A DNA stretch of 32,000 nt from Wolbachia endosymbiont of Onchocerca ochengi (GCF_000306885.1 NC_018267.1:600001-632000), one strand, 5' to 3'. Shown: positions 1 to 9,644, counted from the stretch's first letter. A program made the numbers and translations. Notes: generated by a model from the sequence alone, not told the origin.

Positions 1-173
1 GTCTGTGCTTTGATTGTAATTCCACGTTTACGTTCTATCTCCATTGAATCGAGCACTTGATTGGTCATTTCTCTTGCTTCAAGGGCATTACACCACTCTA
101 TTAAACGATCAGCAAGAGTTGATTTTCCGTGATCTATATGTGCTATTATTGCAAAATTTCTTATTTTATTCAT
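1..173 (-). CDS. lepA: Elongation factor 4 (LepA), N-terminal fragment; the gene runs off the window start
   Basis: The reverse complement of 1-173 reads [58 protein letters not shown]. This carries the translational-GTPase G1 motif AHIDHGKST and a LepA-type N-terminus. The ATG is at 173-171. It is absent from the ORF track because the window edge truncates it. Confidence 0.9.
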   Translation of the reverse strand, partial: MNKIRNFAIIAHIDHGKSTLADRLIEWCNALEAREMTNQVLDSMEIERKRGITIKAQ

Positions 174-234
174 TAATCTACTTATTTAAGTAAAACTATT
201 TTGTATTTTAAGTATTATTAGGACAATTATTTAC

Positions 235-1629
235 TTATCCTTTTAATATAGATGATACCTGCTTTGCGCAAGAAATCATTTTATTAATCATATAATTTTC
301 GTGATTATTATCTATTTTAGACAATTCATATAAGTAATTCACCATCATTCCAGCAGATTGACTAATGCCCTTTTCAGAAGTATCTGCCATCCAGTTTAGT
401 TGCTTTATTGATGCACCATTGCTTAAATGAAAGTGTGCCACTTGGTCATAGGCATTGCCATTATTGTTTTTAACCTTTAGTAAGTAATATGCACAAAGTT
501 TCAGCAAGTATTGTTTTTCGTATTCAGTGTTAGTTTTTAATTGTTCTATGCTTTCTAAAATCTTTGTAATAGACTGTTTTATACCTAATTTTCCTAATAA
601 AATAGTATCCTGCCTTAGATTTCCTTTTAGCCATTTTGTAAAGCCAGGTATCGGAGAAAGTGTTGCGTATGTTTTTATACTTTTAAACTCCTGTGATAGC
701 TTTTCTACAACCCTTTTGATCAAGAAATTACCTAAGCTAATTCCAGACAATCCTGTTTGGGTATTTGATATTGAATAGAATATAGCAGTATTTGCATTGC
801 TTGGATCACTTGAGGGCGTTGATTCATCTAAGAGGTATTGAATGCTATCTGCAATCTTATTCATTAATGCAACCTCTACGAAAATCAGAGGTTCATTTGG
901 TATTTTATAATGAAAAAAGGTAAAACAGAGACGGTCAGAGTCTAGTCTATTTTTTAGATCACTCCATGAAGAAATTTTATGCACAGCTTCATACTTTATA
1001 AGTTTTTCTAATAATGATGCAGGTGAACCCCAGGTAATTTGACGAAGATCAAGTAAATCGACGTCAACCCAGGAGAGAAGTATGCTTTTTAATTCACTTT
1101 CTAATCGGTTAAGCTCTTTATATTGATTTCTTAACTTAAGTACATCAGAACGCATATCAACAATAAACTTGAGGCCTTCTGGTAAAGAAATAAATTGCTT
1201 CAATATTTTAGAACGCGGTGATTCAAGGACTTTTATCAAGTCCTGTTCAAATTTATAGTCTAACTCAGGATTCTTATTTTCCTTGTATCCTTTTATTTTC
1301 TTATCTATTTCTGCCTTGCTTGTATTAAATTTCTCTGCCAGAGTTTGTAAAAACCTTATTTTACCTTTCTCTGATAAACTTAAATACAAGTTACCGAGAG
1401 ATACAGTATTCTTACGTGCTGAGACTTCTCCTCCTTTTGGATTTAAGCACTCATTCATCTTCGAAACTAGACTATTAATATCACGACTATTATCTAAATC
1501 AGTGCCAATGTTACCAATCCACGACCTTACAGCATCTGTTACTTCACCTAGTATTTTTAAAAAGCCTTTTGCTGCTTTTTTATCTTCAACTTGCACTACA
1601 TTAGTTTTTGCTAATGATTCTTTCATCAT
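235..1629 (-). CDS. Malonyl-CoA decarboxylase
   Basis: 464-aa ORF. The block AIFYSISNTQTGLSGISLGNFLIKRVVEKLSQEFKSIKTYATLSPIPGFTKWL matches the conserved catalytic core of the MCD family (compare the human MLYCD segment FYSISSTQAGLQG..LGTFLIKRVV...SLSPIPGFTKWL, from memory). The C-terminal MMVNYLY is also family-typical. Confidence 0.85.
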   Translation of the reverse strand: MMKESLAKTNVVQVEDKKAAKGFLKILGEVTDAVRSWIGNIGTDLDNSRDINSLVSKMNECLNPKGGEVSARKNTVSLGNLYLSLSEKGKIRFLQTLAEKFNTSKAEIDKKIKGYKENKNPELDYKFEQDLIKVLESPRSKILKQFISLPEGLKFIVDMRSDVLKLRNQYKELNRLESELKSILLSWVDVDLLDLRQITWGSPASLLEKLIKYEAVHKISSWSDLKNRLDSDRLCFTFFHYKIPNEPLIFVEVALMNKIADSIQYLLDESTPSSDPSNANTAIFYSISNTQTGLSGISLGNFLIKRVVEKLSQEFKSIKTYATLSPIPGFTKWLKGNLRQDTILLGKLGIKQSITKILESIEQLKTNTEYEKQYLLKLCAYYLLKVKNNNGNAYDQVAHFHLSNGASIKQLNWMADTSEKGISQSAGMMVNYLYELSKIDNNHENYMINKMISCAKQVSSILKG

Positions 1630-3455
1630 AAACTTCTTCTATTATACATCTATATTAAACCAAAGGAGAATCTTAGTCTATACAACAGGCACCGTTATCA
1701 GATTATTATTAATTTTTATAGTATAGTTAAGGTTTGGTAGGATACTGCTATAGTAGAAGCAAAGAAAAGTCCAATGGTTATATTGAAAGCTTAAGTCGAA
1801 GATTTCAATTTTAGTAAATTAAGAGTTGTAAAGGAATAACAAAGGAACAAAATCCTTGAACACCAGTATATGATGATTTTTATAAAGTGAATTTCATTAT
1901 TAATGACGAAAATATAGACAAAACTTCAATTAACTTGTTGATAGGAAAATCTTGAAAGCAATATGCATGGATAGGATTTAAGCAAAATTTAACTAGCGCT
2001 GATACACGCGGAAAAGAATTTTACAGCAGTGAAGAACAGTTTCTTTTATTAAGAACAAGAGTAAATGAAAGCAAGAATTATCGTTAAATTACAAAAAAGT
2101 TTTTAGAGAAATGTTCCAGTACATTAACGATCATTCTAAATAACTATGTCTTAGAAGAGCTAGTGATTAATTGCAATCAATTTTCTTACTGGTAAGTAGA
2201 GGATTAGTAATGAATGTTTTTGTTCCTGTAATTCTTTGCCATAAGCTAGTGTATCAAAGTCAAGATGTTTTATCTCTATATCTACTGTAGCAATAGAAAC
2301 TATGTTAGCGTTAAGTTTGATAACAGAAGTACCTATAACAGATATATACTATTATGTACTTTTATGAATAACCTGTCGGCCTAGACTTCAATTAAAGCAA
2401 GAACTCTTTTTTAGAAAAGTAAGCTGAGATGTAGTTTCTATTTAATCTTTAGTTAATGTGTTTGAGTTTTTAGTATGCTAAGTAGAGATATTTTGGTATT
2501 TCTCAGTAAAGAAAAGCAGGTAATACCTCTTTTTAAAGGTGTGTCCTTTTAGGAAGTGTAGATGTGTAAAAGATACTACCTGTTGCATCGAGAAAATGCC
2601 TAAGGTGTTAGGATCAATAGTTCTTCTAGTAATACCAGTTATTATTAATGGCAGTAACCATTATTTTCAAGTTTTAGCTATTACTTGGAAAAGTTATAGT
2701 AATTTTGATCAAGTAAATATGTTGTGCTTAACCTAGTACATAAATTTGGATTTGTGCTATCAAGATTCCTGTTATATAAATTATTTACTCCTCCATTCTA
2801 TAGCAAAAATAGGTGGTATTACCTAATTTTAAAAATAATTAACTCAGGTATTTTTCTATTGAGCAGGATAGTATTGGTATTGTATATTACAGTGTTGCAG
2901 TGTAGTATATGGTTATGATATTCTAGTGTAGATTTTGGATCATAATAATATTTTGAGTAATTGATGTGATGATAATTACTAATCTAGCAATGCTGCTAAG
3001 CAGCACAGAAGTTTAGCTACACATGCTCTATATCCTTGAGGAAAATCCAATTAAGTTGTAATCATCACAATGAAACGAAGAATTCTTTAATATTTATGTA
3101 CATGTATTTTTCTACTTTGTTTTAACGATTAAAATTACGTCAAAGGGTTATACTTTCTTACTTTCAGCTTTTTAAAACATCTCTAACGTACATGTTTTAA
3201 TAATATTACTTAGTTGCCAGTTCACGCATCTGTTGTATTTTATGTCAATTATAGTCTAACTTGTTTGTCAGATATGCGTCTTGCTTGGAGATTAGGACAA
3301 ACGGTAAAACTATTGACAGTTGAACCTTTTGTTTGCCATTCAATTGTGCGCTTTTATTTTTTTGAATTAGCTGTTACTCCTCAATGGTTTTCGTTCGTTT
3401 TGCACTATATATTTTCTTGTAGAGGTAGCAGTATATGTTTGTTTGCGTCTCAGCA

Positions 3456-3971
3456 TCACTCGTGTAATTTCAGATAAATATGTAAAATATAAAAACATAA
3501 TATTATAGCTTTTATAATTTTAGTTTCTACAATATTTAATCCTTTTTGTAATATTGAAAGCAATTCATCTGAAATTTTATTAGCAATTTTCATGCAAAAA
3601 TTCTTTGTCATTTTTACTGCACATAGGTAATTGCTTATTAGTTCTCTTGTCATTGAGTTGCTTTGCACAAAAACGAACTTACAATAGTTACTAGCATTAT
3701 AATATGCCTTTGCAGGACTGCTTACTTTTCAGATAATTACTACTAAAATTTCTATTGAATTCCCGTTTTGCATCATTCACCTTAATTTTTCTACGTTAAT
3801 GCTTAAAAATTTTAAAAAAATAACATATTTGTTTGTAGGTGAAACTGTAATAGATATTCTAGATTTAAAATAAGCTTCAATATAATATCCAAGAAATTTT
3901 GTCACTCTTGCTTTGTTAGGATTATTAACAAAAATTTTTAAAAAAGAATCAGTATTGAAACAAGAACAGCT
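3456..3971 (-). pseudogene. Decayed gene of unknown function: one reading frame of 172 codons interrupted only by two in-frame TGA codons
   Basis: I translated the minus-strand frame with codon starts congruent to 2 mod 3 base by base from 3971 to 3456. It reads SCSCFNTDSFLKIFVNNPNKARVTKFLGYYIEAYFKSRISITVSPTNKYVIFLKFLSINVEKLR*MMQNGNSIEILVVII*KVSSPAKAYYNASNYCKFVFVQSNSMTRELISNY...LKLHE*. The internal stops are TGA at 3777-3779 and 3729-3731. The last 70 codons are the 3456..3668 track ORF. At this base composition I would expect roughly one stop per 12-13 codons in a random frame. No family was recognised. Confidence 0.4.
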
Positions 3972-4065
3972 TCAAGCGCAACTATATTATCATAGGTTAA
4001 AAGTACAATAAGATTAACTTAATACTATTAAGTACGAGAAAAAACGGAATTGACTTAAATTTTTA

Positions 4066-4989
4066 TTATTTATCGTCTCTTTCCACGTACCTTTTAAACT
4101 TTTTTTCACTGAAATTCTCTTTATTGACCGTTTTGTCTATCTTATTTACGAATAGTTTAAACTCCTTTAATTCATGATCAATTAACTTTACTTTGCTTTT
4201 ATGTGCTATTGTAAGTGGATCAATATATTTACCGTTGTATATGATCTCGTAATGTAAATGTGGCCCTGTTGAAACACCAGTGCTACCAACATAAGCAATG
4301 ACCTGCCCTTGCTTTACTTTAGAGCCTAATTTTATATCGCAGCTAAATTTACTTATGTGAGCATAGCAGGTTGAATACCTATTTTTATGTTTTATTTTGA
4401 TATATTTACCATACTCTCCATTATTTCCTATATATTCTATTACACCATCTGCAGCGGCATGTATGTGAGCACCAAATTTAGTTGCATAATCTACTCCTTT
4501 GTGAAAAATAACTTTACCGTGAATAGGGTGTTTTCTATTACCAAATTTCGAGGATACGTGAAAATCTCCGTTTAAAGGGCTTACGAAAATTTTGCCACCT
4601 CTTAAGCTTATTCCATCTTTATTAAAATACCTTTTTTTACCGTTTTGTGGCTTATAATGATACAAGCAAGTAGTTTTTTTGTTTGTTGTCAGTGAAGTGT
4701 ATAAAATATTTTCTTCGGTCTTTTGGTCATTAAACGATCTCTCAAAGAGAACCTTCAAATTGCTTTCTGGTACAATGTCTTTTTCAAAGTTTGTACCAAA
4801 ATTTTCATATATGTTGATTAACTCCATTACTGTATTTGGCGCTAATCCTTGTTCGATCCCAGTGGTAAAAAAGGAAGATTTTATGTTACTGGATATTAAC
4901 AAGATCTCTCTATTGTTACCTGGTGTTTTAGAGGCATGTAAGTTGAACATTGGTAAAGTGTAAAGCAATATAAGTATTATTAGCCTCAT
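4066..4989 (-). CDS. M23 (LytM-type) family metallopeptidase, secreted or periplasmic
   Basis: 307-aa ORF with the M23 zinc-ligand motifs HKGVDYA (HxxxD) and GPHLHYEI (HxH), plus GSTGVSTGPHLH. The hydrophobic N-terminus MRLIILILLYTLPMFNLHA looks like a signal peptide. Its start lies 3 nt after the yebC stop. Confidence 0.85.
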   Translation of the reverse strand: MRLIILILLYTLPMFNLHASKTPGNNREILLISSNIKSSFFTTGIEQGLAPNTVMELINIYENFGTNFEKDIVPESNLKVLFERSFNDQKTEENILYTSLTTNKKTTCLYHYKPQNGKKRYFNKDGISLRGGKIFVSPLNGDFHVSSKFGNRKHPIHGKVIFHKGVDYATKFGAHIHAAADGVIEYIGNNGEYGKYIKIKHKNRYSTCYAHISKFSCDIKLGSKVKQGQVIAYVGSTGVSTGPHLHYEIIYNGKYIDPLTIAHKSKVKLIDHELKEFKLFVNKIDKTVNKENFSEKKFKRYVERDDK

Positions 4990-4992
4990 AGT

Positions 4993-5733
4993 TTAAATAG
5001 AATCAGCAAAAGTAAAATTACCATCAACGTATTGTACATCATCATTATCTTCTAGCTCTTTAACTAACGTAGATAATTTCTTAATTAATTCTTTATCGCT
5101 AATTTCCACTAGGTCCTTTGGTTGCCATGAAAGGCGAACAAGCTCTGGCTTTCCAAATTTTGCATAAAAAGCATCGCGTACTCTACTAAAATCTTTTACT
5201 TTACAAGTTATGATGTATAATCCTTCTTTATTATTTTCTTCAACATCCAATACTTCTAATTCGATTCCATGAGTAAATAGACTTTCAAAATTTACATTCT
5301 CTGCTTTATAGATGATTAACCCTATGTGGTCGAAAAGATAACTAACATTCCCTATTTCTCCTAAACTTCCACCTTTGCGAGAGAAAATATGACGCACCTC
5401 AGAGGTAGTTCGATTGCGGTTATTCGTTAAAGCATGAACAATGAGTGCAGTACCAGAGGGTCCATAGCCTTCATATTGTATTTCCTCATAATTTTTTCCT
5501 ATAACACTACCAGTTGCGTTTCTTATTGCTGTTTCTATTTTGTCTTTTGGTAGATTCTCTTTGCGTGCAGTAGATACAGCAGAGCGAAGGCGTGGATTAA
5601 GTTCAGGATCAGGTAGTCCTTGCTTTGCAATAGCCATTATTTCTCTAATGAGCTTTGTGAATTTTTGAGAGCGTTTTGCATCCTGAGCGCCTTTCCGATG
5701 TTTTATGTTTGAAAATTGTGAGTGACCAGCCAC
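4993..5733 (-). CDS. yebC: YebC/PmpR family DNA-binding transcriptional regulator
   Basis: 246 aa. The N-terminus MAGHSQFSNIKHRKGAQDAKRSQKFTKLIREI is the hallmark YebC start. The start codon is GTG at 5733-5731. Confidence 0.9.
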   Translation of the reverse strand: MAGHSQFSNIKHRKGAQDAKRSQKFTKLIREIMAIAKQGLPDPELNPRLRSAVSTARKENLPKDKIETAIRNATGSVIGKNYEEIQYEGYGPSGTALIVHALTNNRNRTTSEVRHIFSRKGGSLGEIGNVSYLFDHIGLIIYKAENVNFESLFTHGIELEVLDVEENNKEGLYIITCKVKDFSRVRDAFYAKFGKPELVRLSWQPKDLVEISDKELIKKLSTLVKELEDNDDVQYVDGNFTFADSI

Positions 5734-5773
5734 ATTTGAATAATTAAAGACTTCATTATATACTAAGGTATAG

Positions 5774-5803
5774 AAAAAACTAAAGCAAATTTTTAAACTT
5801 GCT
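5774..5803 (-). terminator. Candidate intrinsic terminator downstream of bamD
   Basis: The minus-strand RNA reads AGCAAGUU-UAAA-AAUUUGCU: an 8-bp stem with one G-U pair and a 4-nt loop. It is followed by UUAGUUUUUUC and starts 28 nt after the bamD stop. The stem is AT-rich, so predicted stability is modest. Confidence 0.35.
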
Positions 5804-5830
5804 ATTATTATTTTTATGTGAACTTTATTT

Positions 5831-6538
5831 TTACTTTTTAGGGTTTTCTGCTAACAGGTTTTCATATTGCTGAACTTCCAAATCAAGGCCGAGAGCTAAA
5901 TGGGCTGTTATTAAATAGCTAATAGATTTAGGAGAATAGCTAGAATCCTTATTGCTTATTACATTTTGAAAACGTTTAATCGCTGCTAAATATTCACCAC
6001 GTCTTAAGTAGAACCTACCAATAGAATATTCTTTTGCTAATATGTGCTCTGTGACTAGCTTTATTTTTCTTTTTACCTTTTCTGTATATATGCTGTTTGG
6101 AAAGAGATTAATGTACTCGGTAGCTAAGTCTAAAGTTTTGTATGCAGTTTGTTGTTCAAGTTGCACTTTATGAATTTGCATGTAATAAGATAATATCCTT
6201 AAGTAATATACATACGGTAAATCTTCACCATTTGGATAAGTCTGTATGTAACCATCTGCATTACTTGCGGCACTGGCATAATCACCCATGTTATAGTGAG
6301 AAACACTAGATAATAACCCGGCTTTCATTGCCCCATAAGAGAGGGGATATAAGTCTTCAATTTTTTGAAATGCCCTGATAGCCTGTTTGTATTTTTTCTG
6401 GTCGAAAAGTTTAACTGCCTCCTTGTATAGCTCAGCTTCGGTTCTTTCATAATCATTCGCATAAGATTGCATAAAGGAGCAAATAAAAAAAATAAAACAC
6501 GTGATTAAAGTCTTACACATAAGATTTTTTTTAATCAA
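5831..6538 (-). CDS. bamD: Outer membrane protein assembly factor BamD (YfiO), TPR-like lipoprotein
   Basis: 235 aa. The N-terminal signal has a Cys (FIFFIC/S). TPR-like repeats follow, with the BamD-typical YP motifs (KIEDLYPLSYGAMKAGL, YIQTYPNGEDLPYVYY, YINLFPNSIYTEK). The track start is TTG at 6538; an ATG at 6520 is an alternative. Confidence 0.8.
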   Translation of the reverse strand: MIKKNLMCKTLITCFIFFICSFMQSYANDYERTEAELYKEAVKLFDQKKYKQAIRAFQKIEDLYPLSYGAMKAGLLSSVSHYNMGDYASAASNADGYIQTYPNGEDLPYVYYLRILSYYMQIHKVQLEQQTAYKTLDLATEYINLFPNSIYTEKVKRKIKLVTEHILAKEYSIGRFYLRRGEYLAAIKRFQNVISNKDSSYSPKSISYLITAHLALGLDLEVQQYENLLAENPKK

Positions 6539-7640
6539 AACACAGTATAGACTAAATACCAGTTAAATAAATAGATTTTTGAGATTCTCAAAAATCATTA
6601 AGTAGCAGAAAAATTGTATAATTAATTCTTGTGCACCATTGTTACCTTCTAAATTTAAGACAGTGCTGTTTGCCATTTAAAGAACTTTTTCCTTTTACTT
6701 TTAGATTCTTTAGTGTCTTACTGTGAAAAATATATAATTAATACTTACTGTATAACCATAAAAAGCCAATACCTCTACCAAACCTAAAGTAGATCCAAAC
6801 AGCATATGGCTTAACGGAGGTGCCAATGCCATTAACATTGGCCTTCTTATTAAGAATACAGAAGCATCAGTAAGCGCTAATCCGACAGTAGGTATTATTT
6901 GCTAGTTGTTCACTCTGGACTTCTTATTAAAATCATGCTTCCTGTTTCCTTTTTCTTATTTTTTTCACACTTAAAGAAGTGTAAAAGAAAAAGAGATTGT
7001 ATTAGAAAGAAGTAAAATTGTATCCTTTGTTCTTTCAAATAAAGGTGCTTTACTCGTTGCTATACTTACAATAATTAGTACAGTTGTTATGCCTTCGATG
7101 TAGATTAAATACTCACTTACATTAATGTATTATACTCTTTTCTTTTTGCTTCTTTTCCCATTTTCGATATTTCTAACCCTTATTCTTTTTTGCTATCTTT
7201 CTATTATTATAAATTAAGTTTAGCATATAAATAAGATATAAGCCTGAGAAAGGCTAATATAGTGTAGTTTAGTGCACTATCTATACCATCAGCAGTGCCT
7301 GACTGCTACATATTAGCCATCAACAATACAAATAGAACCATTATGATTAACGATATGTATTGTTATTTATATAACTCTCTTTTTTTTCAACGTTAATAGT
7401 TCTTGTTCAAGCTCTTCTTTTAGTGTTAATAACTTCTTGTTTAAGTCTTTTTTTCGAATTTCTTCATCAACTGTTAGCTAAAAGCCCAGAAAAAAAATCT
7501 TCAGTAGAAAATTTAGCCCTAAAGCTACTAGTCATACTAAAATCCTATTGGCTTACATAATACACCATACAGGATTTCGATTACTTAATTAAGTTTATTG
7601 AAGTCTTAATTATTTATATATTAATTGTTTCTTGAAAAAT

Positions 7641-8183
7641 TCAGCTAGTCTGTTTAATACCAGTTAAAACATAGTTGTAGCCTGACCATACGGTTATGAT
7701 AGCTGCAATCCACAGACAAGTTGTACCTATACGTTGGGCTATCTCATAATTGTTTACTATTAGCGCTATAACAGCAACCATCTGTAAAAATGTTTTGATT
7801 TTCCCAACTTTGCTTACAGGCAAGCTAGCATTTGTAGCCATTAAAAACTCTCGTAAACCAGAGACTAATATCTCTCTACAAACGATTATAACTGATGGTA
7901 TGACTGTAAAATCATTTATTTTGTGCTTATAAATTAGCATAATTATTGTTGAAACTACTATTAATTTGTCAGCAATTGGGTCAAATAGCCTGCCGAATTT
8001 TGATTGAACTTTCCATGTACGTGCTAGGTAACCATCAAAAAAGTCTGTAATGCATGCAAATATAAAGATTGATATTGTTATCAGGTTTGCATATTTGTTT
8101 TCTACGTAAAAACTTAATATTATTGCTGGTATTGCAAGTGCACGAGAAATTGTCAACAAATTAGGCAGGTTTTTCTTAAGCAT
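7641..8183 (-). CDS. pgsA: CDP-diacylglycerol--glycerol-3-phosphate 3-phosphatidyltransferase
   Basis: 180 aa and multi-pass hydrophobic. It carries the CDP-alcohol phosphatidyltransferase motif DGYLARTWKVQSKFGRLFDPIADK (DGxxARx8GxxxDxxxD). Confidence 0.9.
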   Translation of the reverse strand: MLKKNLPNLLTISRALAIPAIILSFYVENKYANLITISIFIFACITDFFDGYLARTWKVQSKFGRLFDPIADKLIVVSTIIMLIYKHKINDFTVIPSVIIVCREILVSGLREFLMATNASLPVSKVGKIKTFLQMVAVIALIVNNYEIAQRIGTTCLWIAAIITVWSGYNYVLTGIKQTS

Positions 8184-8256
8184 GCAATGTAATTTTAATG
8201 CAGTACAGTAAACTTATACAGAAGTGGGGTGCAATTCACAAGCTAATAGTTTACGA

Positions 8257-8284
8257 TTGAACATTTATAAAAACTCTATATACT
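8257..8284 (+). promoter_or_regulatory. Candidate sigma70-type promoter for the malic enzyme gene
   Basis: TTGAAC (8257-8262), 16-nt spacer, TATACT (8279-8284). The geometry fits an AAGGA Shine-Dalgarno at 8315-8319 and an ATG at 8325. Hexamer matches are common in AT-rich DNA, so this is weak. Confidence 0.3.
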
Positions 8285-8324
8285 TAAAAATTTATTAACT
8301 ATGAACTTAAAATATAAGGATGTA

Positions 8325-9644
8325 ATGATGAACGATGATTTAGATAGTACTACAAAACAAGAAGCACTTAAGTATCACAATAGAGAAAACAATCCTGGTA
8401 AAATATCTATCTTGCCAACAAAACCTTTATTTACTCAGCATGACTTGTCGCTTGCTTATTCACCTGGAGTTGCAGCTCCATGCCTTGAAATAGCTAAAAA
8501 TCCTGAAGCTGTCTATGATTATACAACAAAAAGCAATTGCGTCGCTGTTATTTCAAATGGTACTGCAGTGCTTGGGCTTGGTAATATCGGTCCTCTTGCC
8601 TCGAAACCTGTTATGGAAGGTAAGGCTGTTTTATTTAAGCGCTTTGCTGATATTGATGCAATCGATATAGAAGTTGATACGGAAGATATAGAAGATTTTA
8701 TCAATGCAATAAGATACCTTGGGCCAAGCTGGGGAGGAATAAATTTAGAGGATATAAGATCACCTGACTGTTTCATAATAGAAAGGCGTCTAAACGAATT
8801 GATGGATATTCCAGTGTTTCACGATGATCAGCATGGAACTGCAGTGGTTGTTGCAGCAGGTATAGAAAATGCTCTTGATATTGCAAAAAAAAAATTAGAG
8901 GACGTTAAGGTTATCATGAATGGTGCTGGTGCGGCTGGTATTGCATGTTTAGAAATACTGAGGTCCATGGGTGCTAAAAATATAGTACTGTGTGATAAAA
9001 AAGGAGTAGTATACAAAGATAGAAAAGAGTATATGAACAAATGGAAGGAAAAATATGCGATTGATACTAGAGAACGTTCTTTACTCGATGCAATAAAAGA
9101 TGCTGACGTATTTATCGGATTGTCTGTAAAAGATGTGCTTAATGAAGAGATGTTAAAGAGCATGAGTAAAGATCCGATTATTTTTGCTCTTGCTAATCCT
9201 GACCCAGAAGTAAGGCCTGAGTTTGCGAAATCTGTAAGGCCAGATGCAATAATCGCAACTGGTAGATCAGATTACAATAACCAAGTGAATAATGTAATGG
9301 GATTTCCTTATATATTCAGGGGAGCGCTTGATGTACATGCAACGGTGATAAATAACGAAATGAAAATTGCAGCTGCAGATGCAATAGCAAAGCTCGCACA
9401 TGAGCCAGTGCCTGATGAGATATCCGCAGCTTACGGTAATCGTAGAATGAACTATGGGCGTGAATATATAATACCTACTCCATTTGACCCAAGGTTAATT
9501 TCGGTAGTCTCTCCTGCTGTTGCAAAAGCTGCAGTACACTCAGATGTTGCTAGGAAGGCAATACAAGATTGGAGTAGATATGAAAGCCAATTAAAATCTC
9601 GTCTTGCGAATGCTCTTAACACACTAAATTTAATGTCTTCGTAG
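8325..9644 (+). CDS. NAD(P)-dependent malic enzyme, short form without a PTA-like domain
   Basis: PTKPLFTQHDLSLAYSPGVAAPC aligns with E. coli MaeB PTKPLATQRDLALAYSPGVAAPC. A Rossmann motif GAGAAG is present. The track ORF starts at 8301, but homologue N-termini (MDDQLKQSALDFH) align with MMNDDLDSTTKQEALKYH, and an AAGGA sits 5 nt upstream of the ATG at 8325. Confidence 0.9.
   Translation: MMNDDLDSTTKQEALKYHNRENNPGKISILPTKPLFTQHDLSLAYSPGVAAPCLEIAKNPEAVYDYTTKSNCVAVISNGTAVLGLGNIGPLASKPVMEGKAVLFKRFADIDAIDIEVDTEDIEDFINAIRYLGPSWGGINLEDIRSPDCFIIERRLNELMDIPVFHDDQHGTAVVVAAGIENALDIAKKKLEDVKVIMNGAGAAGIACLEILRSMGAKNIVLCDKKGVVYKDRKEYMNKWKEKYAIDTRERSLLDAIKDADVFIGLSVKDVLNEEMLKSMSKDPIIFALANPDPEVRPEFAKSVRPDAIIATGRSDYNNQVNNVMGFPYIFRGALDVHATVINNEMKIAAADAIAKLAHEPVPDEISAAYGNRRMNYGREYIIPTPFDPRLISVVSPAVAKAAVHSDVARKAIQDWSRYESQLKSRLANALNTLNLMSS

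Noticed and set aside
1764-1772. GAAAAGTCC, reminiscent of the RNase P RNA core motif GGAAAGTCCGGGC.
   Set aside because: Only a partial match. The flanking sequence lacks the conserved GC-rich helices of RNase P RNA.
2539-3477. Track ORFs 2539..2736, 2724..2918 and 3214..3477 in the 2.4-kb gap.
   Set aside because: Lengths of 64-87 aa are about what chance allows in 2.4 kb across six frames at this composition. The sequences are Cys/Phe/Leu-rich with no motifs, no ribosome-binding sites were noted, and neighbouring frames are stop-dense.
3729-3779. The two in-frame TGAs in the 3456-3971 frame might be recoded (Trp or selenocysteine) rather than stops.
   Set aside because: TGA clearly terminates well-supported genes in this same window (folB, folKP). 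I saw no SECIS-like hairpin downstream of either TGA. Pseudogenisation is the simpler explanation.
7367-7535. A short coiled-coil-like reading on the minus strand: MTSSFRAKFSTEDFFSGLLANS*, then in another frame LTVDEEIRKKDLNKKLLTLKEELEQELLTLKKKRVI*.
   Set aside because: It is too short and needs a frame change that neither a 1-nt insertion nor a 1-nt deletion in the nearby T8 run restores. No family could be assigned. It may be a relic, but the sequence alone does not support it.
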